From: Syntrophomonadaceae bacterium
GTDB lineage: Bacteria; Bacillota; Dethiobacteria; DTU022
Length of the DNA: 37,497 nucleotides
Assembly (NCBI GenBank): GCA_007127255.1
Contig: SKZS01000064.1
Location: 1-37,497, forward strand
Direction of reading: 5' to 3'
This document shows, in pieces, positions 8,872 through 17,852 of this stretch. Under the pieces are notes generated by a model. The model had not been told where the DNA came from. It ran no database searches and saw only the letters and a program-made list of their open reading frames with translations. Every line of letters starts with the position of its first letter. Positions within the stretch are counted from its first letter, which is position 1. The position numbers and the translations under genes are program-made.

Positions 8872-10197
8872 ATGTCTGTTGAGCATATCTCTATTCAAAT
8901 CAGCAGGGAATTGAAATCGGGAACCCACCCGGGGGATCTTCTCGATCTTATCGAAGACCTTGAAATTGAAGAAAAGGTAGAATTGATGCAGAGCCTGGCT
9001 GCCGAGGATGCAGCCCTGATTTTTGAGGAAATGGAAGATTTCGAACAGGCTGAAATCCTCCGTTTATTGGGAAAAGAAAGGGCCAAGTTTATCCTTCAAA
9101 GCCTTGCTTCCGATGATGCTGCCGACTTAATAGGCGAGCTTTCAACTGAAGACGCCCAAAAAATGATGGAGCTAATCGATCAGGAAGAGCTGCCCGTAGA
9201 TTTTGAAGACCTCCTAAAGTATCCGGAAGATACTGCCGGGGGTATTATGACCACCGGGTTCATCTCCCTTCCTGCCGACATTCCGGTTGAAGAAGCAATT
9301 TCCCGCTTAAGAGAAATTGCCCCCGAAGCAGAAACTATATATTACGTATATGTTGTTGATGAAAACAATCGTTTAATTGGGGTTATATCTCTGCGTGACT
9401 TGATTGCCTCTTCTGACGGGACAATAATAAAGAATGTTATGCGTCATAATGTGATCAGTGTAAATGCTGAACTTGACCAGGAAGAAGTAGCCCGTGTAGT
9501 TTCCAAATACGATTTGCTCGCTGTGCCTGTTATAGATGATCAGTCCAGGCTTCTTGGTATTATCACCGTTGACGACGTCATCGATGTTATGGAACAGGAA
9601 GCGACGGAAGATATCTATCGCCTGGCCGGGGCCAGTGAAGTAGAAGGTATGGATTTGACAAAGGCCCCGGTAAGCAAGGTTGTCCGCCTCAGGCTGCCCT
9701 GGTTATTTATCAGCATGGCCGGAGGAATATTGTCCGGCAGCGTGATCGGTGTTTTTGAAAGCACCCTGGAAGCAATTGTCATGCTGGCGGTATTTATTCC
9801 AGTTTTAATGGACATGGGTGGCAATGTTGGCACCCAGTCTTCAACTATATTTGTTCGCGGCCTGGCCACAGGTGAAATAGACCGGGCCGAGCTTTGGCCT
9901 TACTTTTTTCGTGAAATTAGGATTGGAGCGGTTATGGGTGTTCTCTGCGGTATCCTGATATCAATAGCTGCCTTTTTCTGGCAGGGTAACGTTTACCTCG
10001 GACTGGTTGTAGGCATATCGATGTTAGCAACGATAAGTGTGGCTGCCTTGATTGGCACCCTGGTGCCCATGGTGTGCAGCATGATAAACATAGACCCTGC
10101 TATTACCGCCGGTCCATTTGTTACTACGATCAAAGATGTTACCGGTTTGCTAATATACTTCACCGTGGCATCTACCTTTCTCGATTATCTGCGCTAA
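8872..10197 (+). CDS. mgtE: Magnesium transporter MgtE
   Basis: 441 aa with an acidic N-domain, tandem CBS region (VVDENNRLIGVISLRDL, VIDDQSRLLGIITVDDV) and a C-terminal TM domain containing PVLMDMGGNVGTQS. Confidence 0.9.
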   Translation: MSVEHISIQISRELKSGTHPGDLLDLIEDLEIEEKVELMQSLAAEDAALIFEEMEDFEQAEILRLLGKERAKFILQSLASDDAADLIGELSTEDAQKMMELIDQEELPVDFEDLLKYPEDTAGGIMTTGFISLPADIPVEEAISRLREIAPEAETIYYVYVVDENNRLIGVISLRDLIASSDGTIIKNVMRHNVISVNAELDQEEVARVVSKYDLLAVPVIDDQSRLLGIITVDDVIDVMEQEATEDIYRLAGASEVEGMDLTKAPVSKVVRLRLPWLFISMAGGILSGSVIGVFESTLEAIVMLAVFIPVLMDMGGNVGTQSSTIFVRGLATGEIDRAELWPYFFREIRIGAVMGVLCGILISIAAFFWQGNVYLGLVVGISMLATISVAALIGTLVPMVCSMINIDPAITAGPFVTTIKDVTGLLIYFTVASTFLDYLR

Positions 10198-10240
10198 CCA
10201 CCGCTTGTTTCTCTCATTCTACCTTAGATTAGGTATTTAT

Positions 10241-10302
10241 CTGTCCGGCCTACATTTTTATTGCCAGGAATTACAAATCATCTTTATTTTTGCGCCGGAC
10301 AG
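10241..10302. repeat. 9-bp perfect inverted repeat with a 44-nt spacer in the mgtE-mraZ intergenic region
   Basis: CTGTCCGGC (10241-10249) and GCCGGACAG (10294-10302). Confidence 0.5.
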
Positions 10303-10331
10303 CAAAGACAGCATTTAAAATGGAAATATAT

Positions 10332-10373
10332 GGGGAAAAAGGTGAAAATCACACTCAATTTCCTCTTTTTTTT
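10332..10373 (+). terminator. Possible intrinsic terminator downstream of mgtE
   Basis: GGGGAAA (10332-10338) pairs with TTTCCTC (10359-10365, one G-U pair). There is an inner GTGA/TCAC mini-stem, followed by T8 at 10366-10373. The stem is rather weak. Confidence 0.35.
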
Positions 10374-10401
10374 ATATTTTTTTAAAAATATTTGCAGGAA
10401 T

Positions 10402-10456
10402 GTGGTAAAAGGGGTTGAAATATAGAGAAAAGTGGTGTAAAGTGGTGAAAAGTGGT
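10402..10456 (+). promoter_or_regulatory. MraZ operator-like array of phased GTGGT direct repeats
   Basis: AAAGTGGTG-type repeats have GTGGT at 10432, 10442 and 10452, with exact 10-bp spacing. A fourth GTGGT lies at 10402. The array overlaps the putative -10 and start region just upstream of mraZ. Confidence 0.6.
10415..10443 (+). promoter_or_regulatory. Candidate Pmra promoter of the dcw operon
   Basis: TTGAAA (10415-10420), 17-nt spacer, TAAAGT (10438-10443). A long A/T tract lies immediately upstream (10366-10395) and looks like an UP element. Confidence 0.45.
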
Positions 10457-10484
10457 CTCAGATGCTTCATACGGAGGCGAACAT

Positions 10485-10916
10485 ATGTTTACCGGCGAAT
10501 ATCAGCATACCTTAGATGGAAAAGGCAGGGTGATTATACCTTCAAAGCTGCGCGAAGGTTTAGGGGATCGCTTTATGGTTACCCGTGGCTTTGAAAAATG
10601 TCTCCTTGTCTATCCCAACTCAGAGTGGGTTCGCCTGGAACAAAAACTGAAACATCTGCCTTTTACAAAAAGTGATTCCCGTAAGTTTAAGCGCTTGTTT
10701 TTTTCCGGGGCCATGGAAGTGGAAGCTGATAAGCAGGGTCGTGTGCTAATTCCCCAGAACCTGCGGGAATATGCAAACATTGAAAAAGAGGTTATGTTTA
10801 TTGGCGTTTCAAATTACGTTGAATTATGGGATGAAGCGGCATGGAAAGAGTATTTTGGCGAGGCAAACAATAATTATGAAGAGATAGCGGAAGAACTGGT
10901 TGATTTTGATCTTTAA
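10485..10916 (+). CDS. mraZ: Transcriptional regulator MraZ
   Basis: MFTGEYQHTLDGKGRVIIPSKLRE and a second repeat DKQGRVLIPQNLRE (duplicated SpoVT-AbrB fold). GGAGG lies 6-7 nt before ATG 10485. The ORF-track GTG 10452 lies inside the operator repeats and is rejected. Confidence 0.93.
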   Translation: MFTGEYQHTLDGKGRVIIPSKLREGLGDRFMVTRGFEKCLLVYPNSEWVRLEQKLKHLPFTKSDSRKFKRLFFSGAMEVEADKQGRVLIPQNLREYANIEKEVMFIGVSNYVELWDEAAWKEYFGEANNNYEEIAEELVDFDL

Positions 10917-10931
10917 GAGTGGTGCATTAAT

Positions 10932-11891
10932 GTGGTTGAGCTGCACATTCCGGTTATGGAAAAAGAAGTTATAGGTTATCTCAACTGCCGTCCTGACGGG
11001 ATTTATGTTGATGCCACACTTGGAGACGGGGGCCATGCCGAAGCAATTTTGCGAGTTCTTTCCGCAGAAGGTCGCTTGATAGGAATAGATTGGGATGAGG
11101 CTGCCCTGGAAAGGGCGGATATGCGGTTAAAAAATTATAAAAACCGGTTTATTCCGATTCATGCTGACTATACAAACTTAGAAGAAGTTCTAAGGGAAGC
11201 GGGATATCCCCGGGCAGATGGAATCTTAATTGACCTTGGAGCTTCAACTTTACAGTTGATGGACGCAGAACGCGGTTTTTCTTTTCATCATGAAGGCGAT
11301 TTGGATATGCGTATGGATCGCCGCCGCTCTTTGACAGCTAAAGATATTATTAACCGGTATACTGCCGAACAGCTTTCCGAAATATTTTTTCGGCTTGGTG
11401 AAGAACGTTTTTCCAGGCGTATAGCTGCAAGAATAGTATCGGAGCGCGAGCAAAAAGGAGAGATTGAAAACAGCCGCAAGCTGGCAGAAATTGTTAAAGA
11501 GGCAGTTCCGGCTCGCTTCCGCCGTAAGGGAGGGCATCCGGCTCGCAGGATTTTTCAGTCATTACGCCTGGCTGTTAACCATGAATTAACCAACATTGCA
11601 GCTGTTCTGCCGCAGGCGGTTAACTGTCTTTTCCGGGGAGGCAGGCTTTCTGTAATAGCTTATCATTCCCTGGAAGATCGCCTGGTGAAGCACTTTTTAC
11701 GTGAAAAATCAGGTCACTGCAGCTGCCCACCGAACATGCCCTGTATTTGCCGGGAAAATGCGGAGCTCAAAGTGTTGACCAGCAAGGCAGTAAGACCTTC
11801 CGAAGAAGAAATAAACAGCAACCCGCGAGCGCGAAGCGCCAGGCTGCGTGCTGCTGAAAAGATAGCAACAGAAGAAAAAGAAAGAAGGTGA
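10932..11891 (+). CDS. rsmH: 16S rRNA (cytosine1402-N4)-methyltransferase RsmH
   Basis: HIPVM N-terminus and SAM-binding motif DATLGDGGHAE. SLEDRLVK and NPRARSARLR motifs are also present. Second gene of the dcw cluster. Confidence 0.92.
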   Translation: MVELHIPVMEKEVIGYLNCRPDGIYVDATLGDGGHAEAILRVLSAEGRLIGIDWDEAALERADMRLKNYKNRFIPIHADYTNLEEVLREAGYPRADGILIDLGASTLQLMDAERGFSFHHEGDLDMRMDRRRSLTAKDIINRYTAEQLSEIFFRLGEERFSRRIAARIVSEREQKGEIENSRKLAEIVKEAVPARFRRKGGHPARRIFQSLRLAVNHELTNIAAVLPQAVNCLFRGGRLSVIAYHSLEDRLVKHFLREKSGHCSCPPNMPCICRENAELKVLTSKAVRPSEEEINSNPRARSARLRAAEKIATEEKERR

Positions 11892-12262
11892 GCAAAATGC
11901 AACAGGCCAGACAATTATCGCAGCCTAACCGATTGATATCACGGCCACAACCAGGCAGGGGAGCCGAAATAAAGACACAACCTGCTGCCCGGTTAAAGAA
12001 AGGTAAGTTTATATTAATTCTAGTTACTTGTTTCTTGCTCAGCCTTGTTGTTGTAGGTCAGTACTCATCGCTGGTTATTCTTAATTACCGCCTGGGCTCT
12101 GTTCGGACCGAACTGTCAGTAGTAAGAGAAACATCCCGCGGGCTAGAACTTGAAGCGGCCCAGCTCAGTTCACTTGAGCGTATCGATCAAATCGCCCGAG
12201 AAGATCTTGGTATGGTGGAACCTGATATGAGTCAGATGAGAATAATTACTGCCGGCAGGTAG
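11888..12262 (+). CDS. ftsL: Cell division protein FtsL-like (single-pass membrane protein with coiled coil)
   Basis: Small ORF between rsmH and the PBP gene. It has one TM segment (FILILVTCFLLSLVVVGQY) followed by a helical region. GTGA overlap with the rsmH stop. The call rests on position and topology. Confidence 0.65.
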   Translation: MSKMQQARQLSQPNRLISRPQPGRGAEIKTQPAARLKKGKFILILVTCFLLSLVVVGQYSSLVILNYRLGSVRTELSVVRETSRGLELEAAQLSSLERIDQIAREDLGMVEPDMSQMRIITAGR

Positions 12263-12291
12263 ACAGATAGCCGACCTGGAGAGTGAATTTT

Positions 12292-14025
12292 ATGGCCGAA
12301 TTTCCTGTAACCAGGGCAATCGTAAGGAAAAGGTTAATCATAGTATTTGTATTTACTGTGCTGGCAACGCTGTTTTTAATAAGCCGATTGGCCTGGATTC
12401 AGATTGTTATGGCTGAAGAACTATACGAACAAGCCTGGAAGCAGTGGAATCATAATGTGCCGATCAGTACAGCCCGTGGTTCAATTTATGACAGCCAGGG
12501 AAAGCTGATGGCCGGAAGTGGATCCGTATATACTGTCGCCGCTATTCCGCCGCTGATCGACGATTCACAAGAAGTTTCCAGTGCATTAGCCCCGGTTTTG
12601 AACATGGATGCTGCGAGAATCAATGAACTAATATCTTTAAAGGATCGCAGTGCGGTATATATAAAACGAAAGGTTGAGTCTGAGGTGTCTGAGGCGGTGC
12701 GGGAAATGGATATACCGGGAATAATTTTTTTTAATGAAGACAAGCGCTACTATCCTGCAGGCAATATTGCCTCCCAGTTGCTTGGCTTTGTCGGCATGGA
12801 CCATGGATTGTCAGGACTGGAATCACACTATGAACATTACCTCAGTGGAAGTGAAGGGAGAATGCTTTATCCTGCAGATGGAAGAGGAAACCCGCTGCCG
12901 CACATAATAAGCCGATTTAGCTTGCCGCGGGAGGGTTATGACCTGCACCTGGCTGTAGATGAAAGCATCCAGCACATTATGGAAAAGGAATTAACGCGAG
13001 TAATGACAGATGCTGGCCCGGAACAGGCCATGGCCATAGCCGTAGACCCCCGCACCGGTGCAGTGCTGGCGGCAGTGTCAAAACCAGATTACAACCCTGA
13101 TCTTTATTATAAATACGATCCTGAAACCTGGTCCCTGGCCCCTATTGTTTCATCATTTGAGCCCGGTTCAACTTTTAAAATGGTGACCGTGGCTGCCCTG
13201 GTTGAAGAAGGGTTGTTTGAACCGGAACAAACATATTACTGTTCGGGGCATACTGTAGTTAACGGGGTTACCATAAATTGCTGGACAGCCGATCGCGGCG
13301 GGCACGGCAATATTACTTTTTTCGAGTCTGTCGGCTATTCCTGCAACCCGGCTTTTGTTGAATTGGGACAAAGACTGGGTAGAGAAAAACTATTTCAATA
13401 TATCGAAGCTTTCGGATTCGGTCAACCGACAGGCGTTGACTACCCGGGTGAAGGCAGCGGAATGATTTTTGAAACGGATACTGTCGGCCCCCTGGAACTG
13501 GCAACATCTTCTTTCGGCCAGGGCATTTCGGTCACGCCTATTCAGCAGGTAATGGCTGTAACAGCCATGATAAACGGTGGTTTTCTGTACAGGCCATACC
13601 TGGTAGAAAAAATACGAAACCAGGAGGGTGAAGTTGTCTTTGCCAGGGAACCTGAAGTTTTGCGGCAGGTTATATCGGAGGAAACATCCGGCAAACTGAT
13701 CGAAATGATGGAAAGCGTTATTCTCGATGGAACCGGGCATGCAGCTGCCATAGACGGTTATCGTGTGGCCGGGAAGACCGGAACAGCTGAAAAGATCGAC
13801 GAGGATGGTAACTATAGCGAAAGCGATTATATTTACTCCCTGGTCGGTTTCGCTCCTGTTGAAGACCCCCGCCTGGTACTCTATGTAGCCGTAGATGGTG
13901 TTACGAGGGGACCGCGACTGGGGGTTCATACCAGCGCTCCGGCATTTAAGAAAATCATGGAAGACACCTTAAATTATATGCAGGTTAGCCCTTCGGGGGT
14001 TGAATCAAATGATCAAGGAGAATGA
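12292..14025 (+). CDS. ftsI: Class B penicillin-binding protein, division-type transpeptidase (FtsI/PBP2B/SpoVD family), without a PASTA domain
   Basis: N-terminal TM anchor, then STFK (GSTFKMV), SCN (YSCNPAF) and KTGT (AGKTGTAE) active-site motifs. The protein ends shortly after the transpeptidase domain. ATG 12292 is preferred (GGAGAG 8 nt upstream) over ORF-track GTG 12283. Confidence 0.9.
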   Translation: MAEFPVTRAIVRKRLIIVFVFTVLATLFLISRLAWIQIVMAEELYEQAWKQWNHNVPISTARGSIYDSQGKLMAGSGSVYTVAAIPPLIDDSQEVSSALAPVLNMDAARINELISLKDRSAVYIKRKVESEVSEAVREMDIPGIIFFNEDKRYYPAGNIASQLLGFVGMDHGLSGLESHYEHYLSGSEGRMLYPADGRGNPLPHIISRFSLPREGYDLHLAVDESIQHIMEKELTRVMTDAGPEQAMAIAVDPRTGAVLAAVSKPDYNPDLYYKYDPETWSLAPIVSSFEPGSTFKMVTVAALVEEGLFEPEQTYYCSGHTVVNGVTINCWTADRGGHGNITFFESVGYSCNPAFVELGQRLGREKLFQYIEAFGFGQPTGVDYPGEGSGMIFETDTVGPLELATSSFGQGISVTPIQQVMAVTAMINGGFLYRPYLVEKIRNQEGEVVFAREPEVLRQVISEETSGKLIEMMESVILDGTGHAAAIDGYRVAGKTGTAEKIDEDGNYSESDYIYSLVGFAPVEDPRLVLYVAVDGVTRGPRLGVHTSAPAFKKIMEDTLNYMQVSPSGVESNDQGE

Positions 14026-14067
14026 AAATTTTAAGCAGGACATAAGCTTATAAAGGGAGGCAGCAGG

Positions 14068-15456
14068 GTGAAGCTAAAGGGAAGCGAAATTATTGAAGCC
14101 TGTACAGGCAAATTGCTGCAGGGTAATCCCGACCAGCAGATAGCCGGTTTTGCTATTGACTCTCGAGAAGTCAGACCGGGCGATTTTTTTATTCCCTTTG
14201 CAGGCGAGCAGACCGACGGGCACCTTTTTATCGCCCGGGCGGCATCTGCAGGCGCGGTTGGCGCATTTCATCACCTTGCGAAAAAGCCTGATCAAGAAAT
14301 ACCTCCCGATTTCCTGCTCATCGGAATTGAAGATTCGCTTACTGCACTTCAGCAGTTGGCTGCAGCATACAGGGAAAGATTTGATCTCCCGGTAATCGGA
14401 ATAACCGGAAGCAGCGGAAAGACAACGACCAAGGATTTTACAGCTGGTGTCCTTTCGGCAAAGTTCAACGTTCTTAAAACAACCGGCAACCTGAACAATG
14501 AAATCGGTTTGCCTTTGACCATATTACAGCTTGCAGAAGAACATCAGGTTGCCGTGCTCGAAATGGGTATGAGCGCAGCCGGTGAAATTAAAACCCTGTG
14601 CGAAATAGCCAAGCCGTCGATTGGTATTATTACCAACATCGGTGAGGCCCATATTGAACAGCTTGGTTCAATCGAAGCAATCGCCAGGGCTAAGGGAGAA
14701 TTACTGGATTACCTCGGCTCAGGCGGGGTAGCCGTTCTAAACGGCGATGATCCCCGCCTCCTTGAAATCAGAAAACGCTACCCGGGAAAAGCATACTATT
14801 ATGGCTTTAACCAGGGCGATATAAAAGGCTTAAAGTTGTCTCTAAGGGGAGAAAAAAGCTTTTTCCGGGTGCGTTTTCCTGATAAATCGCAAGGGTGGTT
14901 TGAATCACCCCTGCCTGGACGGGAGTCAGTCGGCAACGCCCTGGCGGCTCTTACCGTCGGATATATCCTTGGGTTGAACCTGTCAGAATTAGAAAAAGGG
15001 CTTGCAAAAAGCGAGGCCACAGCAGGGCGGCTCCAGGTTTTACATAACCATCGGGGCACCGGAATCATTGACGATACTTATAATGCTAATCCCAGTTCGG
15101 TCAGGGCTGCTTTAAAAGTGCTGGTTGAGCTGGGAGGAGCCAAAACAGTTGCTGTTTTGGGTGATATGCTCGAGCTTGGCTCGGCATCCCGGGAGGCGCA
15201 TTTATCAGTGGGCCGTTATGCATATGAATGTGCAATAGGCTGCCTGGTAACTGTTGGAGAACTGGCTCGTGCTGCTGCTGAAGAAGCAAAACCTTTAGGT
15301 TTGAAGACATATACATGTGCTGATCACGATGAAGCCCTGGATATTTTAAAGAAAATGGATCTTGATGAAGACTGGTATGTGCTGGTGAAGGGCTCGCGAG
15401 GCATGCAAATGGAAAAAATTGTTCACTTTCTGATCGGGGAGAAAGGAGCGGGATGA
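14068..15456 (+). CDS. murF: UDP-N-acetylmuramoyl-tripeptide--D-alanyl-D-alanine ligase MurF
   Basis: AIDSREVRPGDFFIPFAGEQTDGHLF, P-loop GITGSSGKTTTKD and NLNNEIGLPLT (typical of MurF). 462 aa. GGGAGG lies before GTG 14068. Confidence 0.88.
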   Translation: MKLKGSEIIEACTGKLLQGNPDQQIAGFAIDSREVRPGDFFIPFAGEQTDGHLFIARAASAGAVGAFHHLAKKPDQEIPPDFLLIGIEDSLTALQQLAAAYRERFDLPVIGITGSSGKTTTKDFTAGVLSAKFNVLKTTGNLNNEIGLPLTILQLAEEHQVAVLEMGMSAAGEIKTLCEIAKPSIGIITNIGEAHIEQLGSIEAIARAKGELLDYLGSGGVAVLNGDDPRLLEIRKRYPGKAYYYGFNQGDIKGLKLSLRGEKSFFRVRFPDKSQGWFESPLPGRESVGNALAALTVGYILGLNLSELEKGLAKSEATAGRLQVLHNHRGTGIIDDTYNANPSSVRAALKVLVELGGAKTVAVLGDMLELGSASREAHLSVGRYAYECAIGCLVTVGELARAAAEEAKPLGLKTYTCADHDEALDILKKMDLDEDWYVLVKGSRGMQMEKIVHFLIGEKGAG

Positions 15457-16436
15457 TAATGGTTTACCCTGCAGCAGCATTACTGGTGTCTACATTTATT
15501 GTTACTGTTATCGCCTGTTCGTTTTTCATAAAGCGCATGAAGCAGCTGCAGTTTGGCCAGCAGGTCAGGGCAGATGGACCGCTTACCCATTCGACCAAAG
15601 CAGGCACGCCGACAATGGGTGGAGCAGTGTTTATCCCAATTGCCGCCCTTGCTGCACTTATTGCTGCCGGGTTGTCACCGCTGCTTTATACGGTCCTGCT
15701 GGTTGCCTTAGGTTGCGGCCTGGTTGGATTTTTGGATGATTACCTGAAAGTGGCGCGCCATCGCTCGCTGGGTCTCAGGGCTCGATCAAAACTTGCCGCA
15801 GAGGCGGCAATTGCCATTATTCTTATCATTCTTCTCCGGCAGTTGGGCCTTTACTCAACAGAGGTTGTCCTGCCCTTTGTTAGCCTGGAAATCGATCTTG
15901 GTCTTTTTTATCCGCTATTAATATTTCTTATTATTGCCGCAGCCAGCAACAGTGTAAACCTCACTGATGGTGTTGACGGCCTGGCTGCAGGAATAGCAGT
16001 TATTGTTTTAGCAGCTTATGGTTATATTGCCTGTTTTACAGGAAAAACTGAAATTGCCCTCTTCTGTGCGGCGCTGTCGGGAGCTTGTGCCGGTTTTTTA
16101 GTATACAACCGTAATCCGGCCCGCCTGTTCATGGGTGATGTCGGATCCCTGGCCCTGGGAGGAGCTTTTGCTGCCCTGGCAGTAGTGACAAAAACCGAGC
16201 TTTTATTAATACTTATCGGCGGTGTATTTGTTATTGAAGCGCTTTCGGTTATTGCCCAGGTAATCAGTTTCAGGCTTTTTGGCCGCCGTATATTACGGAT
16301 GAGCCCACTGCATCACCATTTTGAATTGAAAGGTTGGTCAGAGTGGCGTGTTGTTATCACTTTTTGGGCTGCAGCCGTAATCTGTGCTTTTTCCGGAGTC
16401 CTGGTTTATACCCGTCAATACAACGGGCAGTTTTAG
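15453..16436 (+). CDS. mraY: Phospho-N-acetylmuramoyl-pentapeptide transferase MraY
   Basis: Polytopic membrane protein with GTPTMGG, NSVNLTDGVDGLA and PLHHHFE motifs. ATGA overlap with the murF stop. Confidence 0.93.
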   Translation: MIMVYPAAALLVSTFIVTVIACSFFIKRMKQLQFGQQVRADGPLTHSTKAGTPTMGGAVFIPIAALAALIAAGLSPLLYTVLLVALGCGLVGFLDDYLKVARHRSLGLRARSKLAAEAAIAIILIILLRQLGLYSTEVVLPFVSLEIDLGLFYPLLIFLIIAAASNSVNLTDGVDGLAAGIAVIVLAAYGYIACFTGKTEIALFCAALSGACAGFLVYNRNPARLFMGDVGSLALGGAFAALAVVTKTELLLILIGGVFVIEALSVIAQVISFRLFGRRILRMSPLHHHFELKGWSEWRVVITFWAAAVICAFSGVLVYTRQYNGQF

Positions 16437-16447
16437 GAGGCTGAAAA

Positions 16448-17839
16448 TTGATCAGTATGATTAAAGGAAAAGAGGTCCTGGTTGTAGGCATGGCTCGCAG
16501 CGGCATGGCTGCTGCGGAATTGCTGAGCAAGAGCGGTGCGTGCAAAATTACAGTCACCGATCAAAAACAGCCTGCCCAGCTTGAAAATGAGCTGGCTTTG
16601 CTGAAGCGTTATCCCAACATAACAGCAGCTTGCGGCGGGAATCCGCCTGATTTAGTGACCTCGAATCTTTCAATGATTATTAAAAGTCCGGGAGTGCCGC
16701 CTAACCTTGAATTATTTAGAAAAGCTGAAGAACTGGGTATTCCCGTTATCTCGGAAATAGAGCTTGCCTATGCCTTTATCCGGGCGCCCATAGTCGGCGT
16801 GACAGGGACCAACGGAAAAACTACTGTCACTGCCCTGGTTACGGCTATGCTGAAAGAAGCAAGTATAGAACCTGTTATCTCAGCTGGCAATATCGGCAAT
16901 CCACTGTCCGGGGTTATAAACAAGATTAGCGCACAGGGAGTAATAGTCGCTGAGTTAAGTAGTTTTCAGCTTGAAAACATCCGCTATTTTCGACCGTCAG
17001 TGGCCGTATTTCTCAATTTTGCCGAAGACCATATTGATTATCACGGCAGCATTGAGAAATATTACCGGGCAAAGCAAAGAATATTTGAGAACCAGTCTGA
17101 AGGAGATTATGCTGTCCTCAATGCGGCAGATCATAAAGTGGCATCAGCTGCGGAAAAGATTAAGTCCTCTGTGCTCTGGTTTAACCGGGCTCCTGTTTAC
17201 CCGGGAATTGGGGTAGAGGATGGACAAATTAATCTTTACTCTTCAGACCGGAATAAATTTGAAATATGTCCGCTGTCTGACGTAGCTCTGCCCGGAGAAC
17301 ATAATCTTGAAAATGCCCTTGCCGCATCAGCAGCTGCCTGGGCCATGGGGGCTGATTTGCCTTCAATTGGTATTGTTTTACAGAATTTTAGGGCTATTGA
17401 GCATCGACTTGAACATGTTGCTACGATCAATGAAGTTGATTATATCAATGATTCCAAGGGGACTAATCCCGGAGCGACCATAAAAGCGCTTAAGTCCTTT
17501 CCGGGTCGAAAAAAAATTCTCATTGCCGGAGGTAAAGATAAGGGTAGCGATTTTTCGGAAATGGCGGCCCTGTTGCAGTCAGAAGTTCGCTTACTGCTGC
17601 TGCTTGGTGAAACAAAAGATATCATTGCGCAGGCAGCCGAACAGGCCGGTTTCAAGAGCTACCTTAAAGTTGAGAAATTTGAAGACGCGGTTTCAGCTGC
17701 CCGCAGGGAGGCGAGGAGCGGAGAAATTGTGCTGCTTTCCCCGGCGTGCGCAAGTTGGGATATGTTTACCGATTACGAGGCCAGGGGCAGCTTATTTAAA
17801 AAGCTGGTTCGAGCCCCACAGGAAGCGGAAAGTAGTTAA
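16448..17839 (+). CDS. murD: UDP-N-acetylmuramoylalanine--D-glutamate ligase MurD
   Basis: VVGMARSGMAAAELL Rossmann-like N-terminus and GVTGTNGKTT P-loop. AGGAGG lies 7 nt before TTG 16448. Confidence 0.92.
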   Translation: MISMIKGKEVLVVGMARSGMAAAELLSKSGACKITVTDQKQPAQLENELALLKRYPNITAACGGNPPDLVTSNLSMIIKSPGVPPNLELFRKAEELGIPVISEIELAYAFIRAPIVGVTGTNGKTTVTALVTAMLKEASIEPVISAGNIGNPLSGVINKISAQGVIVAELSSFQLENIRYFRPSVAVFLNFAEDHIDYHGSIEKYYRAKQRIFENQSEGDYAVLNAADHKVASAAEKIKSSVLWFNRAPVYPGIGVEDGQINLYSSDRNKFEICPLSDVALPGEHNLENALAASAAAWAMGADLPSIGIVLQNFRAIEHRLEHVATINEVDYINDSKGTNPGATIKALKSFPGRKKILIAGGKDKGSDFSEMAALLQSEVRLLLLLGETKDIIAQAAEQAGFKSYLKVEKFEDAVSAARREARSGEIVLLSPACASWDMFTDYEARGSLFKKLVRAPQEAESS

Positions 17840-17852
17840 GGAGGCAGTTGCA

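Noticed and set aside
8656-8928. ORF-track ORFs on both strands of the aspS-mgtE spacer (8656-8928 minus strand, 8670-8882 plus strand)
   Set aside because: They have no RBS and odd composition. They overlap each other and the mgtE start, and they coincide with the paired arms of the RNA hairpin.
17523-17852. ORF-track 5' extension of ftsW overlapping the last 317 nt of murD
   Set aside because: The extension is Arg/Cys-rich nonsense in an alternative frame of murD. A GTG at 17853 with AGGAGG 7 nt upstream gives the normal FtsW N-terminus.
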